Notes: generated by a model from the sequence alone, not told the origin. Positions 12,717 to 25,724 are shown, counted from the whole stretch's first letter. The stretch: DNA of 62,014 nt, filler included, from Nemertoderma westbladi (GCA_032718475.1; 4 parts of 4 records of this genome joined end to end with filler, not necessarily neighbours in it); one strand, 5' to 3'. A program made the numbers and translations.

Positions 12717-13840
12717 TTACAGCCTGTGACGCAGAGAAATATATAAGCTATTTTTCTTAGAACGAAGTTTGAGAGGCCACGGTGATAAGAGTAGTTCAAT
12801 TTCATCAATAACTGACAATGGGTTAGTAGGACACTTTTCAACTTCATAGGACTGAAAATGCTCACTATAACCTAAAACTAACAATGGCCTAACAATTATC
12901 TTATACTGATTAGAATCGGTAATTAATATATTATTAATAGAACAAAATATAGGTAGAGAAGAAATATCAAAACCAAAACATACAACATCTCCTAAGCAAT
13001 AGTCAACCGAATACAACTCTATTGCTGAACATGACGTTATCTCCCTTATAATGCCACAATCCAGCAACAGGGAGTTTAATTCTGAAACTTCTGTTAGTCT
13101 TTGCAATTGAGTTGCTGTTGGTTGTTTAATTTGCATATCTACACCACTTATACCACTTATATCTACACACCTGTACAACTAAAGAATTTATATGCCTGGG
13201 ATATTTGATGTCGCGTTGATAAGGTTTTAACTATATTCTTAAAATTACACACAACTGAAGCTGTTTTCTTAAAAGCGGGGCGTGCTTTGCCTCACATCTC
13301 ATGGACCACATTCCTAGAAGAGGGCCTGCCTGAATAATTGCTGTAGGGTAGTGAATCAAATTATGAAATTTAAATTGTAAACGATCAGGGTTGAATGTAC
13401 GTACATATATTTCAAGAAATTCACAAATTAATACAGAAAATAATGATATTTCACTTTGGTTAAAATTCGGTGCCATACTAAAAATAACAATTTCTCTAAG
13501 TTTCAACAACACCTTCCATACAGGATCATTAACAGCTACAAAATCACCAACTAGTAACGGCAAACCAAGTGTAAAATTAAGCATTTGAACCGCAGATAAA
13601 TTAATGTGTTTACTTCGAAGTTTTTCTTCTTGAAAAAATGGCACAGAGGAAGAATGTTCGAACGCAAAACTGTTCACTGATGAGAACATTTTATCAACAA
13701 ATATACATTTGTATAGGGCTGCGGAAATGACATAAATGCATACACCTTCAAATAGGTCATGCATAATGTTAAATGTGGAATTTTTAGACACGTGATATGA
13801 AGGCAGTTAGTTGAAAATAGAAAATTCTTTTATACCTGTC
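12717..13840 (-). pseudogene. EnSpm/CACTA transposase C-terminal half, frameshifted
   Basis: IMHDLFEGV...KFHNLIHYP...GPLLGMWSMRCEAKH in ORF 13231-13791, continued by ORF 12717-13178. Confidence 0.8.
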
Positions 13841-13841
13841 G

Positions 13842-14312
13842 ATGATGGATCGTTACATTGTATATCACTGTCATAATCAGAGTATTTTCCTGATAGATCC
13901 GATATGTATCCTAATAGACTTCAAGAAGCTTATTGAAACCAATAACTTTTCTACTGTATCCCCGAATGTCCTTTTTGAGTCTTCCTTTGAAGATGTGTGT
14001 TTTGATATATTACACTCAATGACTGGAGAACATCGCAGAATGGCGAAACAATATAAAACCGAGGATTCTATCGTAGGACATGCCTTAGCGGGCCTTCCAT
14101 TCAAGTTGTGTAACAGGACGTGGGTGAAACTCCCAGGCTCTTCTAAGCGTAAGATATGGCGGCCAACTCTAGAAGAATGTCTTAATTCCTTTATTATGAC
14201 ATCGGAGGATCATGCCTCACTAGACAGACAGGTTCTTGAAATGTCTAACCGATATGCTTCAATGGAAATATCTCTGGCTCCATTCATAGTATATTTATCC
14301 GACACGAAGTAG
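13842..14312 (+). pseudogene. Fragment of the accessory ORF of the EnSpm element (tentative)
   Basis: Lies inside the TIRs. KIWRPTLEECLNSFI...APFIVY resembles animal EnSpm accessory proteins from recall; not searched. Confidence 0.35.
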
Positions 14313-17231
14313 AAGCGATTATTAATAAAAGCAAAAGTATAACATCTTATATTAGAACTCTATACATTACATAATTACATATTATTTTGCTATGTATAGC
14401 GCCTATCTGCCTATAGTAAGCCTACAATGTATAAAGTAAAGATACAGGGACTTAAATTATTTATCAAATTATAATTATTTATTTAGGCCTATTGTTATTT
14501 ACAATACTGTTAGGCCTAGAAATAATGATTACCGGTACAATGTATTGTCAGTTTGTCAGTGCAGGATGTCTATAATGTCTTGTCAGCTTTCAGCTTGTGG
14601 GTGCCTAAGTTAAAACGTACCGGTACCGGTAGGCCTATCCGAAATGTTTTTTCTTACACTGACTGACTATAAGTAGGCCTATACTTGATACATGTTTATT
14701 TCCTTCAATTAATTTAGATTTAGACAATTAATTATAATAGCATAAACACAGATAGTATCAGTATGTTTGATTGAGGCTGGCTGATTGAGTGATTGCTAAT
14801 AGCATGCGCTAGTGGTTGCAGTCAGCCAGATCAAGTTGCGTGTACAGACAATTAATTACAATATGTAAAAAGGTAAAAGGCGTGAGAAAAAGTGGCGCCT
14901 CTACTACCAGTGAGTGTGATTCCAGATTCCCCGTACTGGCTACTGCCTGGCTTGCTGCCTACCGTATTACAGTATTACCAGACTGAGACATGGAGTGTGG
15001 AGAATGACAGAGCCAGACTGCTGTAGCGCTGTAGCCTGTAGGCAGGTAGGGTACCGGTAGGCTACTGCTGTACTGACCTACAACTGTACAACAATCACCA
15101 CACCATCACAAAATTCTGAAATACAATAAAAATAATTAGGGCCTACCGTATAACACTGTCAGATGATAGGCATTAGGCCTACCGGTGCTGGCTGACAGGT
15201 AGGCCTACCGGTGCCTCTTGCCTCTATTTCTCTACCTGCTGACCTGCAACCTGCCAAAAAAATTAAATACAAAATAATAACAACTACCGGTACAGTAACA
15301 GGCCTATTTCATTCCGGTAGAAAATTGCTGTAGGCCTATTGCTGTATTGTGAATTGTAGTCCTAGTGCATTACATCAGTCAGTAAGTACACAGTAAGCTA
15401 AGTACCGGTACCTTAAAAAAATACCCCAATGCATTGTGGGTAAAAAAATTTCCCATCATGCATTGCGCGCAAAACCATCTAATTATATTGCTGATTTAAC
15501 AATATTTATATTAGGAATACAAATGACAAAATAATGTTGTTGTTTTATATTGTATATTTATTTATATTGTGAAATATACAATATATAGTTTGTCATTTTG
15601 ACAAAACTATTCAAATAAAATATAATTAGCTATATCTTGTAACAAAATAACAATATATATAATTATAATGCCAAAATGCATTTTGTCAAAAATTTGACAA
15701 TCATGAAATTGCCAACTGCGCAATATAATTTTTAAGAGTGTGAGCGACATAACTTCATAAAGACATTACGAGTACTGTAGCCGGAAAGCTGAAAAAGATA
15801 AAATGCTTCCGATTCCGAAGCAGAAAAAGAAACCAACAGTACTGAAAACATCCCATTTGAAGATGAATTGGGGATCGTTGTAACCCTAGAGGGAGCCATA
15901 CCACCGTAGGTAACAATTGTGGAGTTTCAACTAATACTATTGAGCCGATGGAAACAGAGTTTGTGAATTAACCAGCACCCTTGTAGCTGAAGATTGTGTC
16001 GCCCTTAATATTTGTGGCGTCGTGGCGATAGTAGACCTACAGTAATATCACCATATCTGAACAAAATGTAAACGATTTTGACAACGTCTCAGAACTTGAA
16101 AATAATATACTCACATATCTATCACGGACTATAACAACTAGCATTTTAATGTAAATACATGAGCGCATAAAAACGTGTACCAAAACATGTACCAAATATG
16201 TACTAAATGTGATTAAATGTAATCAAAGTTTATAAGCCTTCACCTTCAAACATTTACCGACAGACAGACAACGGTTGAAACAGCGTTTCCCGTGTGCTAA
16301 GGTCGCTTGCTTCGTCGCTCGAACTACAGTAGCTCTTGATTTTAAGCTTGAGCAAACATTACCAAAGAAACCTTGAATCATAGAGCAACAGTTCTGGTTA
16401 GGTCAACAAACCGATATCTGTTCATTTACGGTACCCAAAAAGTTATCAGTAGGCTTACAGGGTTACTTATTTGCCAACCAATCAATGGATATAATGAATA
16501 GTCTTTCAACAATAGCCCCCACCCGCAGTAACGTTGACATTATGCTGTTATTGTAACTAAGTAATTGGTTTGCGTTTCGGCTCAGAGAATTGATACTTTC
16601 GGTGCGTCCATTAGACTAAATCACTATCACTATTGTTATTGCAGGATATCAGTTATGGGCATAACTAGATTGACCTTGTAATATTGTTGTAATATGGATC
16701 TGTATCCATCTACAGAACCACAATAATACCGTATGTTTGATTTGATTTGATTTAATTTGATTGATTATTTGTTTGATTTATATATATGAATGAAATCTTA
16801 AAAATGTAGCTAAATTTGTGCCACTGAATGTTATCGCTGTGAATAATACGATATAATACTGTAATGATGAGCACAGTTGTCTGCTGCCATTCTGTCTGGT
16901 GTTTTGTTGGTCTGTTTTTGTCGTGTCATGTCAAAACCACCATATTATATTTTTTGGTGATGACCAATTTCTAAGTGCAATGCGTTGCACTGCACTGGTT
17001 AGGGCCTTTCAAAAAACAATGATCGATTTATAGGGGGGTGGGGGGTGACGGCATCTCATCAATGAGATATACAAATGTGAGAATATCACTAAAAATAGGG
17101 GAATTCCCTTTTTGAAAAATGATGTTTATTTAATTTTCAGGTTAGACAGTACACACGTGAGTAGTAGAGCAAAATGTATCAATTGATTATGTGATGATTG
17201 ATTATCGAAGATTTTCGATCACTGCAAATAA

Positions 17232-17633
17232 TGGTGCGCGAAAATATTGTTGTGCTAGAAACAATTGAATTAAGGGGTAACCAAAATAAAGGATAATAAA
17301 GGATCGCGTAAATAAAGGATCGCGTAAATAAAGGATCGCGAGATACGGGGTGTTTTTTTGGTTGAATTACAGGGAAATGATTGCATTGCGGGTTTAAGTA
17401 GCCTAAGCCTAGGAAGATAATTTTGAATTTTGAAAATGTGTTATCATTGTGAGGTCAGATCTGCAGAAACCAATCACAGCCGATTTTCAAAATCAATTTC
17501 GCACGATTACTTAAACCCACCATTTCGACCATTTTCTCGTGTTTTTATAAAAACAACACCCTGACACTCGATTCAGGACACCTTGTTACCCCATTTTATG
17601 TTGAATCTTACTCAACAATTTCATCGCGCACCA
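17232..17633. mobile_element. Degenerate MITE-like element
   Basis: Imperfect inverted ends TGGTGCGCGAAAATATTGTTG and CAACAATTTCATCGCGCACCA; internal (AATAAAGGATCGCGTA) repeats. Confidence 0.4.
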
Positions 17634-17865
17634 AACCAACCTATTGCAACAATATTTACTAATTTTATTTATTTATTAATAATTTATTGTTATAAACAAC
17701 AAATTATATCATGAATATTATTGACGAAAACTTATAATGGGCATCTTGTAGTAGAGAGGCAACTAAACTAGCCTTTATGAATAATTATAGAAACTGTCGG
17801 CATTGTAAAAACAGAAGAACTATTTATATCATTGTTTAATGAGATTCAAAAATAATTTTATTATG

Positions 17866-18790
17866 TACTGTATGGGGAGGAGTGGGTCTTACACTGTATG
17901 GGGGGGGGGGGGGGGGGGTAGGGTTTTACACTGTATGGTGAGGATGAGGTCTTACACGTCACTATATGGTGATGATGGGGTGTTACACTGTATGGGTAGG
18001 AGTGGGTCTTACACTGTATGGGTAGGAGGGGGTCTTACACTGTATGGGTAGGAGGGGGTCTTACACTGTATGGGTAGGAGGGGGTCTTACACTGACTACT
18101 GAGTGTATGGGTAGGAGGGGGTCTTACACTGTATGGGTAGGAGGGGGTCTTACACTGACTACTGAGTGTATGGGTAGGAGGGGGTCTTACACTGACTACT
18201 GATTGTATGGGTAGAAGGGGGTCTTACACTGTATGGGTAGGAGGGGGTCTTACACTGTATGGGTAGGAGGGGGTCTTACACTGACTACTGAGTGTATGGG
18301 TAGGAGGGTCTTACACTGTATGGGTAGGAGGGGGTCTTACACTGACTACTGAGTGTATGGGTAGGAGGGGGTCTTACACTGACTACTGATTGTATGGGTA
18401 GAAGGGGGTCTTACACTGACTACTGAGTGTATGGGTAGGGGGGTCTTACACTGTATGGGTAGGAGGGGGTCTTGTCTTACACTGCATGGGTATGAGGGGG
18501 TCTTACAATGTATGGGGGGGGGTAGGGTTTTACACTGTATGGTGAGGAGGGGGTCTTACACTTCACTATATGGTGAGGATGGGGTGTTACACTGTATGGG
18601 TAGGAGTGGGTCTTACACTGTATGGGTAGGAGGGGGTCTTACACTGTATGGGTAGGAGGGGGTCTTACACTGTATGGGTAGGAGGGGGTCTTACACTGTA
18701 TGGGTAGGAGGGGGTCTTACACTGTATGGGTAGGAGGGGGTCTTACACTGTATGGGTAGGAGGGGGTCTTACACTGTATGGGTAGGAGGA
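17866..18790. repeat. G-rich minisatellite, 26-bp unit TGTATGGGTAGGAGGGGGTCTTACAC
   Basis: Direct tandem copies, some with a TGACTACTGAG insert; a poly-G block is duplicated (about 17870 and 18500). Confidence 0.95.
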
Positions 18791-18792
18791 GG

Positions 18793-19018
18793 ACACTTAC
18801 CGAACAAAGATGTTAACACTTACCGAACAAAGGCGTTAACACTTACCGAACAAAGGCGTTAGCACTTCCCGAACAAAGGCGTTAACACTTACCGAACAAA
18901 GGCGTTAACACTTACCGAACAAAGGCGTTAACACTTACCGAACAAAGGCGTTAACACTTACCGAACAAAGGCGTTAACACTTACCGAACAAAGACATTAA
19001 CACTTACCGAACAAAGGC
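18793..19018. repeat. Minisatellite, 23-bp unit AACACTTACCGAACAAAGGCGTT, about 10 copies
   Basis: Head-to-tail copies with no spacers. Confidence 0.95.
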
Positions 19019-20443
19019 AGAGTTAACAATTGCCAAACTATATAAGATATTGCCAAATATTATAAATAAATCTTGATTTCATTTTTTGCCGCAAGGCAAT
19101 AATTATGTCTGAATATTATTTCATTTAGTAGGCCAATACAATATATCATTACCAATTTAGTTTCTGAGAACGTTAAAAAACTCTTCCGTGAGTGACGGGA
19201 GCGTGACTCATTATTTATCATATCAAATTAAATAAATTTGGCGAATATTATTCGAGAAATAAAATGTGAATCCGCAAAATATATTTACATTTCAAACAAA
19301 ATATACAACATCTCAAACATCACAAAATTAATTAAAACCTCTTAGACATTAAATAAAATACTAGGATATGACCGGTTAAAGATCAGCACAGCGCAGTACA
19401 TACGGAATATCGTTAAATGGTGAAACCAATCATAATTATATCTATATAATGTGTGGATCGACCATATCACCAGTTAAACTACAAAACAAACTATTTGTCT
19501 AAAATTAATATATATTAATTGGTCGCTTAAAAGTTTACCGCATAAAATCTGCCTTCAATTATACAGTTCGAAGGACTAAGGCCAATTAATTACCTTATTA
19601 TATAAATACTGGAATGCATTTATTGTGGACCTCAATGTAAAGTATCTGTGTAGCTCAGCAGAATAACATTTAGTGTAAAATTATATAGTCAATCAATCAC
19701 ATTCTCATTGTGACAGAGCCAAACCCACCCACTTGATGGAATTGTGAGTTGGTCGGTACTGGCGAATGGAGCTATCCACACCCAGCGGCGGCTCTCTAAG
19801 AGGGGCCCTGAATTAAATACATCGGAGCTATTCATCAATACGGCGGTTCGAACACCTTCTATTCAACGGCTTCCTAAACGCACCCGACGCATTCGAGCTA
19901 CCTCGGCCTCTTCCTTCTGCCCTGCTGGCACAAACCCTCCCACTATAACAGGGTCTGTCTATCTATATCTGAATAACAAAACATCACTAGTGACGGCGCC
20001 AATGGAGGCAGCTTGAGTGGGGATCACGTGCTTAGTAGCTTTATATGACACAGCCGAGTAATAATATTAAAAGGAGACAATGGCAGTGCAGAGCGGTAGG
20101 TTAAAGCCGGCTTGTAAGCCTGGGAGTTTAGCATAGATCGATAGATCGACATCAAATACCTTTAATAGTAAATGGAAATTAATCCGCATAATAATAAACT
20201 GTAACTCGTCTTGGAAAAGTGTGACAATATAAAACACAATTAACAATAAAAAAATCAATTAGACAACGCGATAATCCAACTTATTTACGTCTCAAATAAA
20301 AAGCATCAAAATAAAATACGTAGGTTTATAATTGCACTTGTCTCTCGTGTCAGCAAGGCGGCCCCCCTCCCTCTCACAGAAAGGAATAGCACTGCAGAAA
20401 AAAAAACAATATACAACCGCATAATTTGAAGTGCCTCGATTAT

Positions 20444-20995
20444 TCAGTTTAATGATTTCGCTCTGTGTGGTTTTGTTTTGGCGGAGGAGGAGTTTGTAGC
20501 CGAGTTCGGCCCGAAGATGGAGTCCAACAGCCGGCGATTCTTAACGCTGCGACATCGACAACGTTTGGGGATCTGAATCTCCCAGACCTCCGTTCGCCCC
20601 GGGCAGTGCAGAGTCACGCGACGCGTGCGAACCTTGGGCTGACACGTCTTCACGTTTTTACGCAGAGTTACGGGTCCTTCGTACTTGTCATTGAAGGGGT
20701 GCATGGCCAATAAATCTAGACAGAGATCCGGGCAGTCAGCCAACCGGTAAATACGCCGACTGCGACACTCTCCGTTGGTGAATCGCGTGCGATTCCTACG
20801 AGTCTGGCAACCGATTGCCAGGGAGGATAGAGTTCGATTCACGACTTCTTCCTTTAAGTTCTCCAATTCCCCGGGGTAGAAAGGAACGCCGGTTTGGGAT
20901 TTGTTGCGTTTCGTGTCGACGTTGGTAATATGTAGCGCAAAATAGATTAATGTTATCAAAACGAACGATCGCAAAATTCCAACCAACATAGTCAT
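20444..20995 (-). CDS. SOSTDC1: Secreted cystine-knot protein, sclerostin/SOSTDC1 (Wise)-like, DAN superfamily
   Basis: Hydrophobic signal peptide; 8 Cys with sclerostin spacing (IGC..R..R..TNGEC.S.......C...C ... C...RT.RV.LHC......I.I...CRC) and a basic C-terminal tail; intronless CDS with higher GC than the flanks. Family call is firm, orthology (SOST vs SOSTDC1) is not. Confidence 0.8.
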   Translation of the reverse strand: MTMLVGILRSFVLITLIYFALHITNVDTKRNKSQTGVPFYPGELENLKEEVVNRTLSSLAIGCQTRRNRTRFTNGECRSRRIYRLADCPDLCLDLLAMHPFNDKYEGPVTLRKNVKTCQPKVRTRRVTLHCPGRTEVWEIQIPKRCRCRSVKNRRLLDSIFGPNSATNSSSAKTKPHRAKSLN

Positions 20996-21106
20996 AACTT
21001 TAACGAAGCCAGCATCTTTATTCTTTTACATAGCTGCAAGCGCGCGGTGGATAACAGGCAGTATATGGTTTCAGTTTCAGTTTCAGAGATATAACCACAA
21101 TCAGGC

Positions 21107-22197
21107 CTGTAGGCAAGATAAATATCACTTTAAATCCATATATTGAATAGCAAATTAACACCTAATTAGATCAACAATATAAATAGATAATTATTGACCT
21201 TTTTAAATATTTTATTAAATAATCTACCGGTAACATAAAATAGGGATAACATGATAATTAAACACAAGGAGCGCTCAACACACTAACCACAAATTAAGAT
21301 ACTGATAATTCAGTAATTAACGAATTAATGGCCGACTATTAATTAACTTAAAGTCTCAAACTAAGACAGCTTTTTGCAACAGGAAATTGCCTTCTGTTTT
21401 AAAATAAAACTGAATTAGAAATACAATGCGACAGTCAGACAGTTGTCTGACTGTCGCTTTGTCGGAAAGTGCCGACAGACACTCTCCGTTAAAGTAATAT
21501 CATTAATTCGTGGCATTTTTTCCACGTTTCTGCATTATTTTCTTTTATTACTGTATTATTTTGAATTTTATTAAATTTATTTTGCTCGTTCGAATTTAAA
21601 CCAGGCCTAATCCAAAATAACTCTCAGAAGAACAGTCTCACCAAGCAGCCATCCATATTTACGTGATAGGTGATATTCCAATTCAATATTTTCCAATAAC
21701 GTTTTGTTTATTTTTGTTTATGTTTACCACGTTTTCACATAGTTAAAACATCACCATGTTACTGTTTATATGTAAAAGTCAAAACCACAGAATCGCACAC
21801 GCCACTCATACTGGCGAACTACGTGCCGGTATGTTACTTTACAAACACCGCTGGGGCCTGATGGTTATAGGTAGAGAATCGACAAGAATTATGTTTACAA
21901 TAATAATATTGAAACCAAAAATCCACAAGCCAAACATATTACAGTATTATCAATAAATCAATTTGTATATAGTCCGCGGGATAAAATAGAAGCGTGAATA
22001 ATTTCGTTTTACCATGCATATCGGTAAATCAGAACATCAAATTAAAAATATTGTTCACGACATGAATTAACTGACAAATCTGTGACAATACTGCAATTCA
22101 ACAATCTGACTAATCTGAGCATATTCCCAATTGAAACTTTATTAGGTGACCAAGTGTATTGACTACCGGTATCAACATATACCCTAAATGCACTCAC
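21107..22197 (-). other. Possible 5'-UTR intron of the sclerostin-like gene
   Basis: Minus-strand donor GTGAGT at 22197, acceptor TTTATCTTGCCTACAG ending at 21107, and a minus-strand CCAAT near 22412. Prediction only. Confidence 0.3.
21428..21457. repeat. Perfect 14-bp-arm hairpin GCGACAGTCAGACA-GT-TGTCTGACTGTCGC
   Basis: Read directly; a second small hairpin TGTCGG...CCGACA follows. Confidence 0.85.
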
Positions 22198-25049
22198 TAT
22201 TCTGCATTGTAATCCTAAGCGCTGTAAGCTGCATGCAATAAACAATGAGCTCGTAGAAGAAACACACACATATTCTAAGAAAACGATGAATGAATTCAGT
22301 TACAAAAGTGTAGTAAGTTCTGTAGTATTATATGCTTCTAAGGGGATATTGTAGTTGGTTTGGTTTGATCGAAGGAGGTGGTTGGCTAATATCCTATAAT
22401 GAGCCATAGTGATTGGCTGGCGGCTGTTCGATATCACCGAGTTTGCGACAAGTGTAGATAATTAAATTTATTTATCAGGATAGGAAATTAACCTGAATTA
22501 TAGAAGTAAATACGAACCAGTGACCGTGGGAATTTTTTATATTAAATGCACATCATATACATTAACATTCTTTCGTATATGATAATCACATTAAACCAAC
22601 CAGAGGGCAACATCTCGTGATGTCGTCTTACACTTCAATAATAAATCACCTTCCTTTTTTCTCATAGAATGGAAGAGATGCCATAATTTAAATACCCGAT
22701 TTCCCATGGTCTTAATGCTATGTAAACTCATTTCGTAAAGACAAGCCGTTAATTTGATTTATGTTACAACTGTAAGGCAATTTCTCCCGAATAAGGTCGT
22801 CAATAAGGATGACGAATTTCTTATAAAATTGCACTGCATTGATGAATATAGTATAGTCGTCTAACTAATATAGCTTTCATGGTTTATAAGTCTCAAAATA
22901 AGAGGCTGCATAAAATATTTAGTATTGCGTGGAATGTAAAAAATTCGCTTCGACTCACATGGACATGATTTTTCCCAAGTATATTGGGTTTTCCGTTTCC
23001 TGCCGCCAATTATTTTTTTATGCCAAATAGTTAATGATCGGTTATAGTGCCTATATATCCTGTCTCATTTCGTAAGAGCTACGGGTGATGTAATAACCTA
23101 GTAAGATGTTAAAGTCTTTGAATGCAAATTCCCACTGCAATGCTTTGTAATCGCCCGACCAACACCATCGCCCGCTGTATTGTATTAATGTAATTCATTG
23201 GATAAATGTCATATAAATATACTAACCACATTATTACCATGTGATACTAATTGTATTGCAAGTGTTCGGAACGTGTAAGGGAACTCCTCTAGTAAATGTT
23301 ACTAGAGGGATATCTTACGTCCGGTGTCTGAGATAATCGAAAGACCCTTATCCGATGCCTTAGTAGGTTCTTCCCTAGTAGAATGCCTACCTCCCTTCCC
23401 ACGTGACTTTCGGTTACGCTCAGGGAACCTGCTGTCGGTCAACCAGTGGCACGTCGAGGATATGCGTTAGACCCCGGAATCAGTGTAACAAATAAGAGGG
23501 TTTGACAGTTTGACTTGCAGTATAATGGCATTTACTAGTTAATTGCTAATATATCTCACCGATAATAGCTATTGCACGTACGGTGCGAATGAGCGTAATA
23601 CCAATAACACAATAATAATCTATAATAAAGAAATATAGGAGAGAAATAAGTGACATTTAATGTAAGAAATGCAGCTAAGAATGACGTTCTAGACCGAAAT
23701 CAAAACATTATACACGCCGCAATATAATCAATAATCGTTACTAAACATCTGACTAATCTCACATTAACACCTTCCACCTGTTATACACCCAAAATGTTAT
23801 CTGTCTCTCAGCCGTGAGTACAATTAATTATTACATGTGAAAGAATATAACTTTTTTTCATTTTTCTCGAGGGATTTTATTTACCGAGCGCCAGCGAGGT
23901 TAATAAAGGGTCGAGAAAACATTGAAAATAAAAATGGTCTACGTTTTTTTTTCCATGTAATACGTAATATTTTACCTGTTCGTATGTTTACAATGCCAGC
24001 AACATAAATTTTGAATTTTAGTAGTTATAGGCAATTGGACGGCTATATAGTAGTTTTCGTTGGGTGCTACAGTAAATTTGAAATTTCGGTTCTGGCACCA
24101 ACTTTTTGCACCCAGTGAAAAGTAGTAGTTCCTTTGGTCTAGATGTGTTTTACTTGGATCAGTAGAATTCCTTACCACAGAAGACGTAAATAAAAATTAA
24201 ATTGATACTATTCAATAAACTTTTACGAAATCGAAAATTTGAAAAAAAAATTTGAAATTTTGGTGCTGGCACACCTTTTTGCACCCAGTGAAAAGTAGTA
24301 TTTTCGTTTCCATGCATGGTAGTATTATAATTTATAACAAGCTTGAAAAAAAGCTCCAAAAAAGCTTAACAAGCTTAAAATAAAAAAAAGCTTAAAAAAA
24401 GCTCAAAAATTCTAGAGAAACAGCTCAAAAAAAGCCCAGAAAACCGCACATAAAAAAGCAGCGCGGAAACGGGCCTTAAAACACCCATACAATGAAATGG
24501 TGCGCTCATTGGATCAACGTGCCACACTACTTTTTTTAATTCAACAATTTAATTAAAAAAATTAAAATTATACTACAAAGGAGCAATGTGTAAGAATAAA
24601 AGGTGTGTTTTGTATTCTACAAATCTTAATTTGATTGCATAAATTTGAAACAAACACGCTGGTTTGACGTTGTACAGTAGTGGGTGAATCTTCAGCTCTT
24701 TTGCTAAGAGCCTTTGAAAAAATATCCTATTGTTTTGTTTTTTGTATCGAACAGGATATAATTTTTCAGGATTACAAAACCTGGTAAAAATATCTGATTT
24801 TGATTAGAAATAGGTGATATATGAGCGCTCGAATAGGGCAGCTTTTTCCACTGTACGAAACAATATATTAATTATATTTTATATTCCCCGCGGACTCACT
24901 CACTGCTAATATATCACAGATAATCACTGAGTATAATATTTGAATATGGAATTTAGTCGAAAAGCTCCTATTCACAAATACGCTTACACTGACCGTTGAA
25001 TGCCGTTAATTGAATTATACTCCTTCTAAAATGTTATAGCCATAATTAG

Positions 25050-25117
25050 CCAATCACAGAATTTTAATATAATTAACCAATGGATAACAAATTCTAGAAT
25101 TTAATCTTCATATATAA
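25050..25117 (+). promoter_or_regulatory. Pol II promoter of the basic-protein gene: two CCAAT boxes and a TATA box
   Basis: CCAAT at 25050 and 25077, TATATAA at 25111, about 100 bp before the ATG. Confidence 0.65.
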
Positions 25118-25210
25118 GAGAAAAACATAGATATAACAGCCGCATTCAAAACAGTTAAATTAAAAGTAAGTTTACAATACAAATATAACTCAATCTGATT
25201 AATAGACGCG

Positions 25211-25501
25211 ATGTCTCAAAGAAACCTCAATGAGAGTGAAAATGGACAGTTGAGTGAGGTTGGGATGGCAAGTAATGACTTAGTCAGCTATAAACAGAAG
25301 GGTTATGTGAGTAGGTCAACCGAAAGGACAGATATGGAGAAAAGGAGACGGAAGAGGCGAAAGGGAAGCAAGGGTGGAAAGGGAAAGAAGAAGGGAGGAA
25401 AGGGGAGCAGATCAAGGAGTCGAAAAGGGAGAAGTCGTGGTAGAAAGGCCAAGGGGAAGAAAGGGAAGAAATCAGGATCGCGGAGACGGGGAAAGAAATA
25501 A
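25211..25501 (+). CDS. Protamine-like / sperm nuclear basic protein precursor
   Basis: 96 aa: a ~43-aa neutral/acidic N-terminal leader, then an almost pure R/K/G/S tail (RRRKRRKGSKGGKGKKK...SRSRSR...RRRGKK). Intronless, with CCAAT/TATA upstream and AATAAA downstream; no signal peptide. Confidence 0.7.
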   Translation: MSQRNLNESENGQLSEVGMASNDLVSYKQKGYVSRSTERTDMEKRRRKRRKGSKGGKGKKKGGKGSRSRSRKGRSRGRKAKGKKGKKSGSRRRGKK

Positions 25502-25634
25502 TAGGGAAAGTCTGCGCTCGAATCTCAGAAGATAAACTGCAATTTATTAGGATTTTCTGATTATCAATTATAGTAATTTGTCAATAATAATAATATATTC
25601 ATAATTTATTATTAAATTATCTTAATATGTAACG

Positions 25635-25660
25635 AATAAATATCGATAGCTAAGAATAAA
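25635..25660 (+). terminator. Tandem polyadenylation signals of the basic-protein gene
   Basis: AATAAA at 25635-25640 and 25655-25660. Confidence 0.55.
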
Positions 25661-25724
25661 AAAACAGTGCGAAACTAAAACAAATAATTTTGTTTTCTAG
25701 AATGTATTTCAGTGATACGGCATA

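Larger units (their letters stand above)
11759..15740 (-). mobile_element. Internally deleted animal-type EnSpm/CACTA DNA transposon
   Basis: TIR CACTCTTAAAAA (11759) and TTTTTAAGAGTG (15740), 2-bp TSD TG on both sides, subterminal TTGTCAA/TTGCCAA repeats, transposase remnants inside. Confidence 0.85.

Noticed and set aside
18793-19018. CRISPR-like 23-bp repeats (also the 41-bp and 44-bp arrays)
   Set aside because: No unique spacers, no cas genes, eukaryotic context; these are plain tandem repeats.
23263-23835. Possible solo LTR or LTR plus leader (TG...CA ends)
   Set aside because: No TSD, no second copy and no clear PBS in the window.
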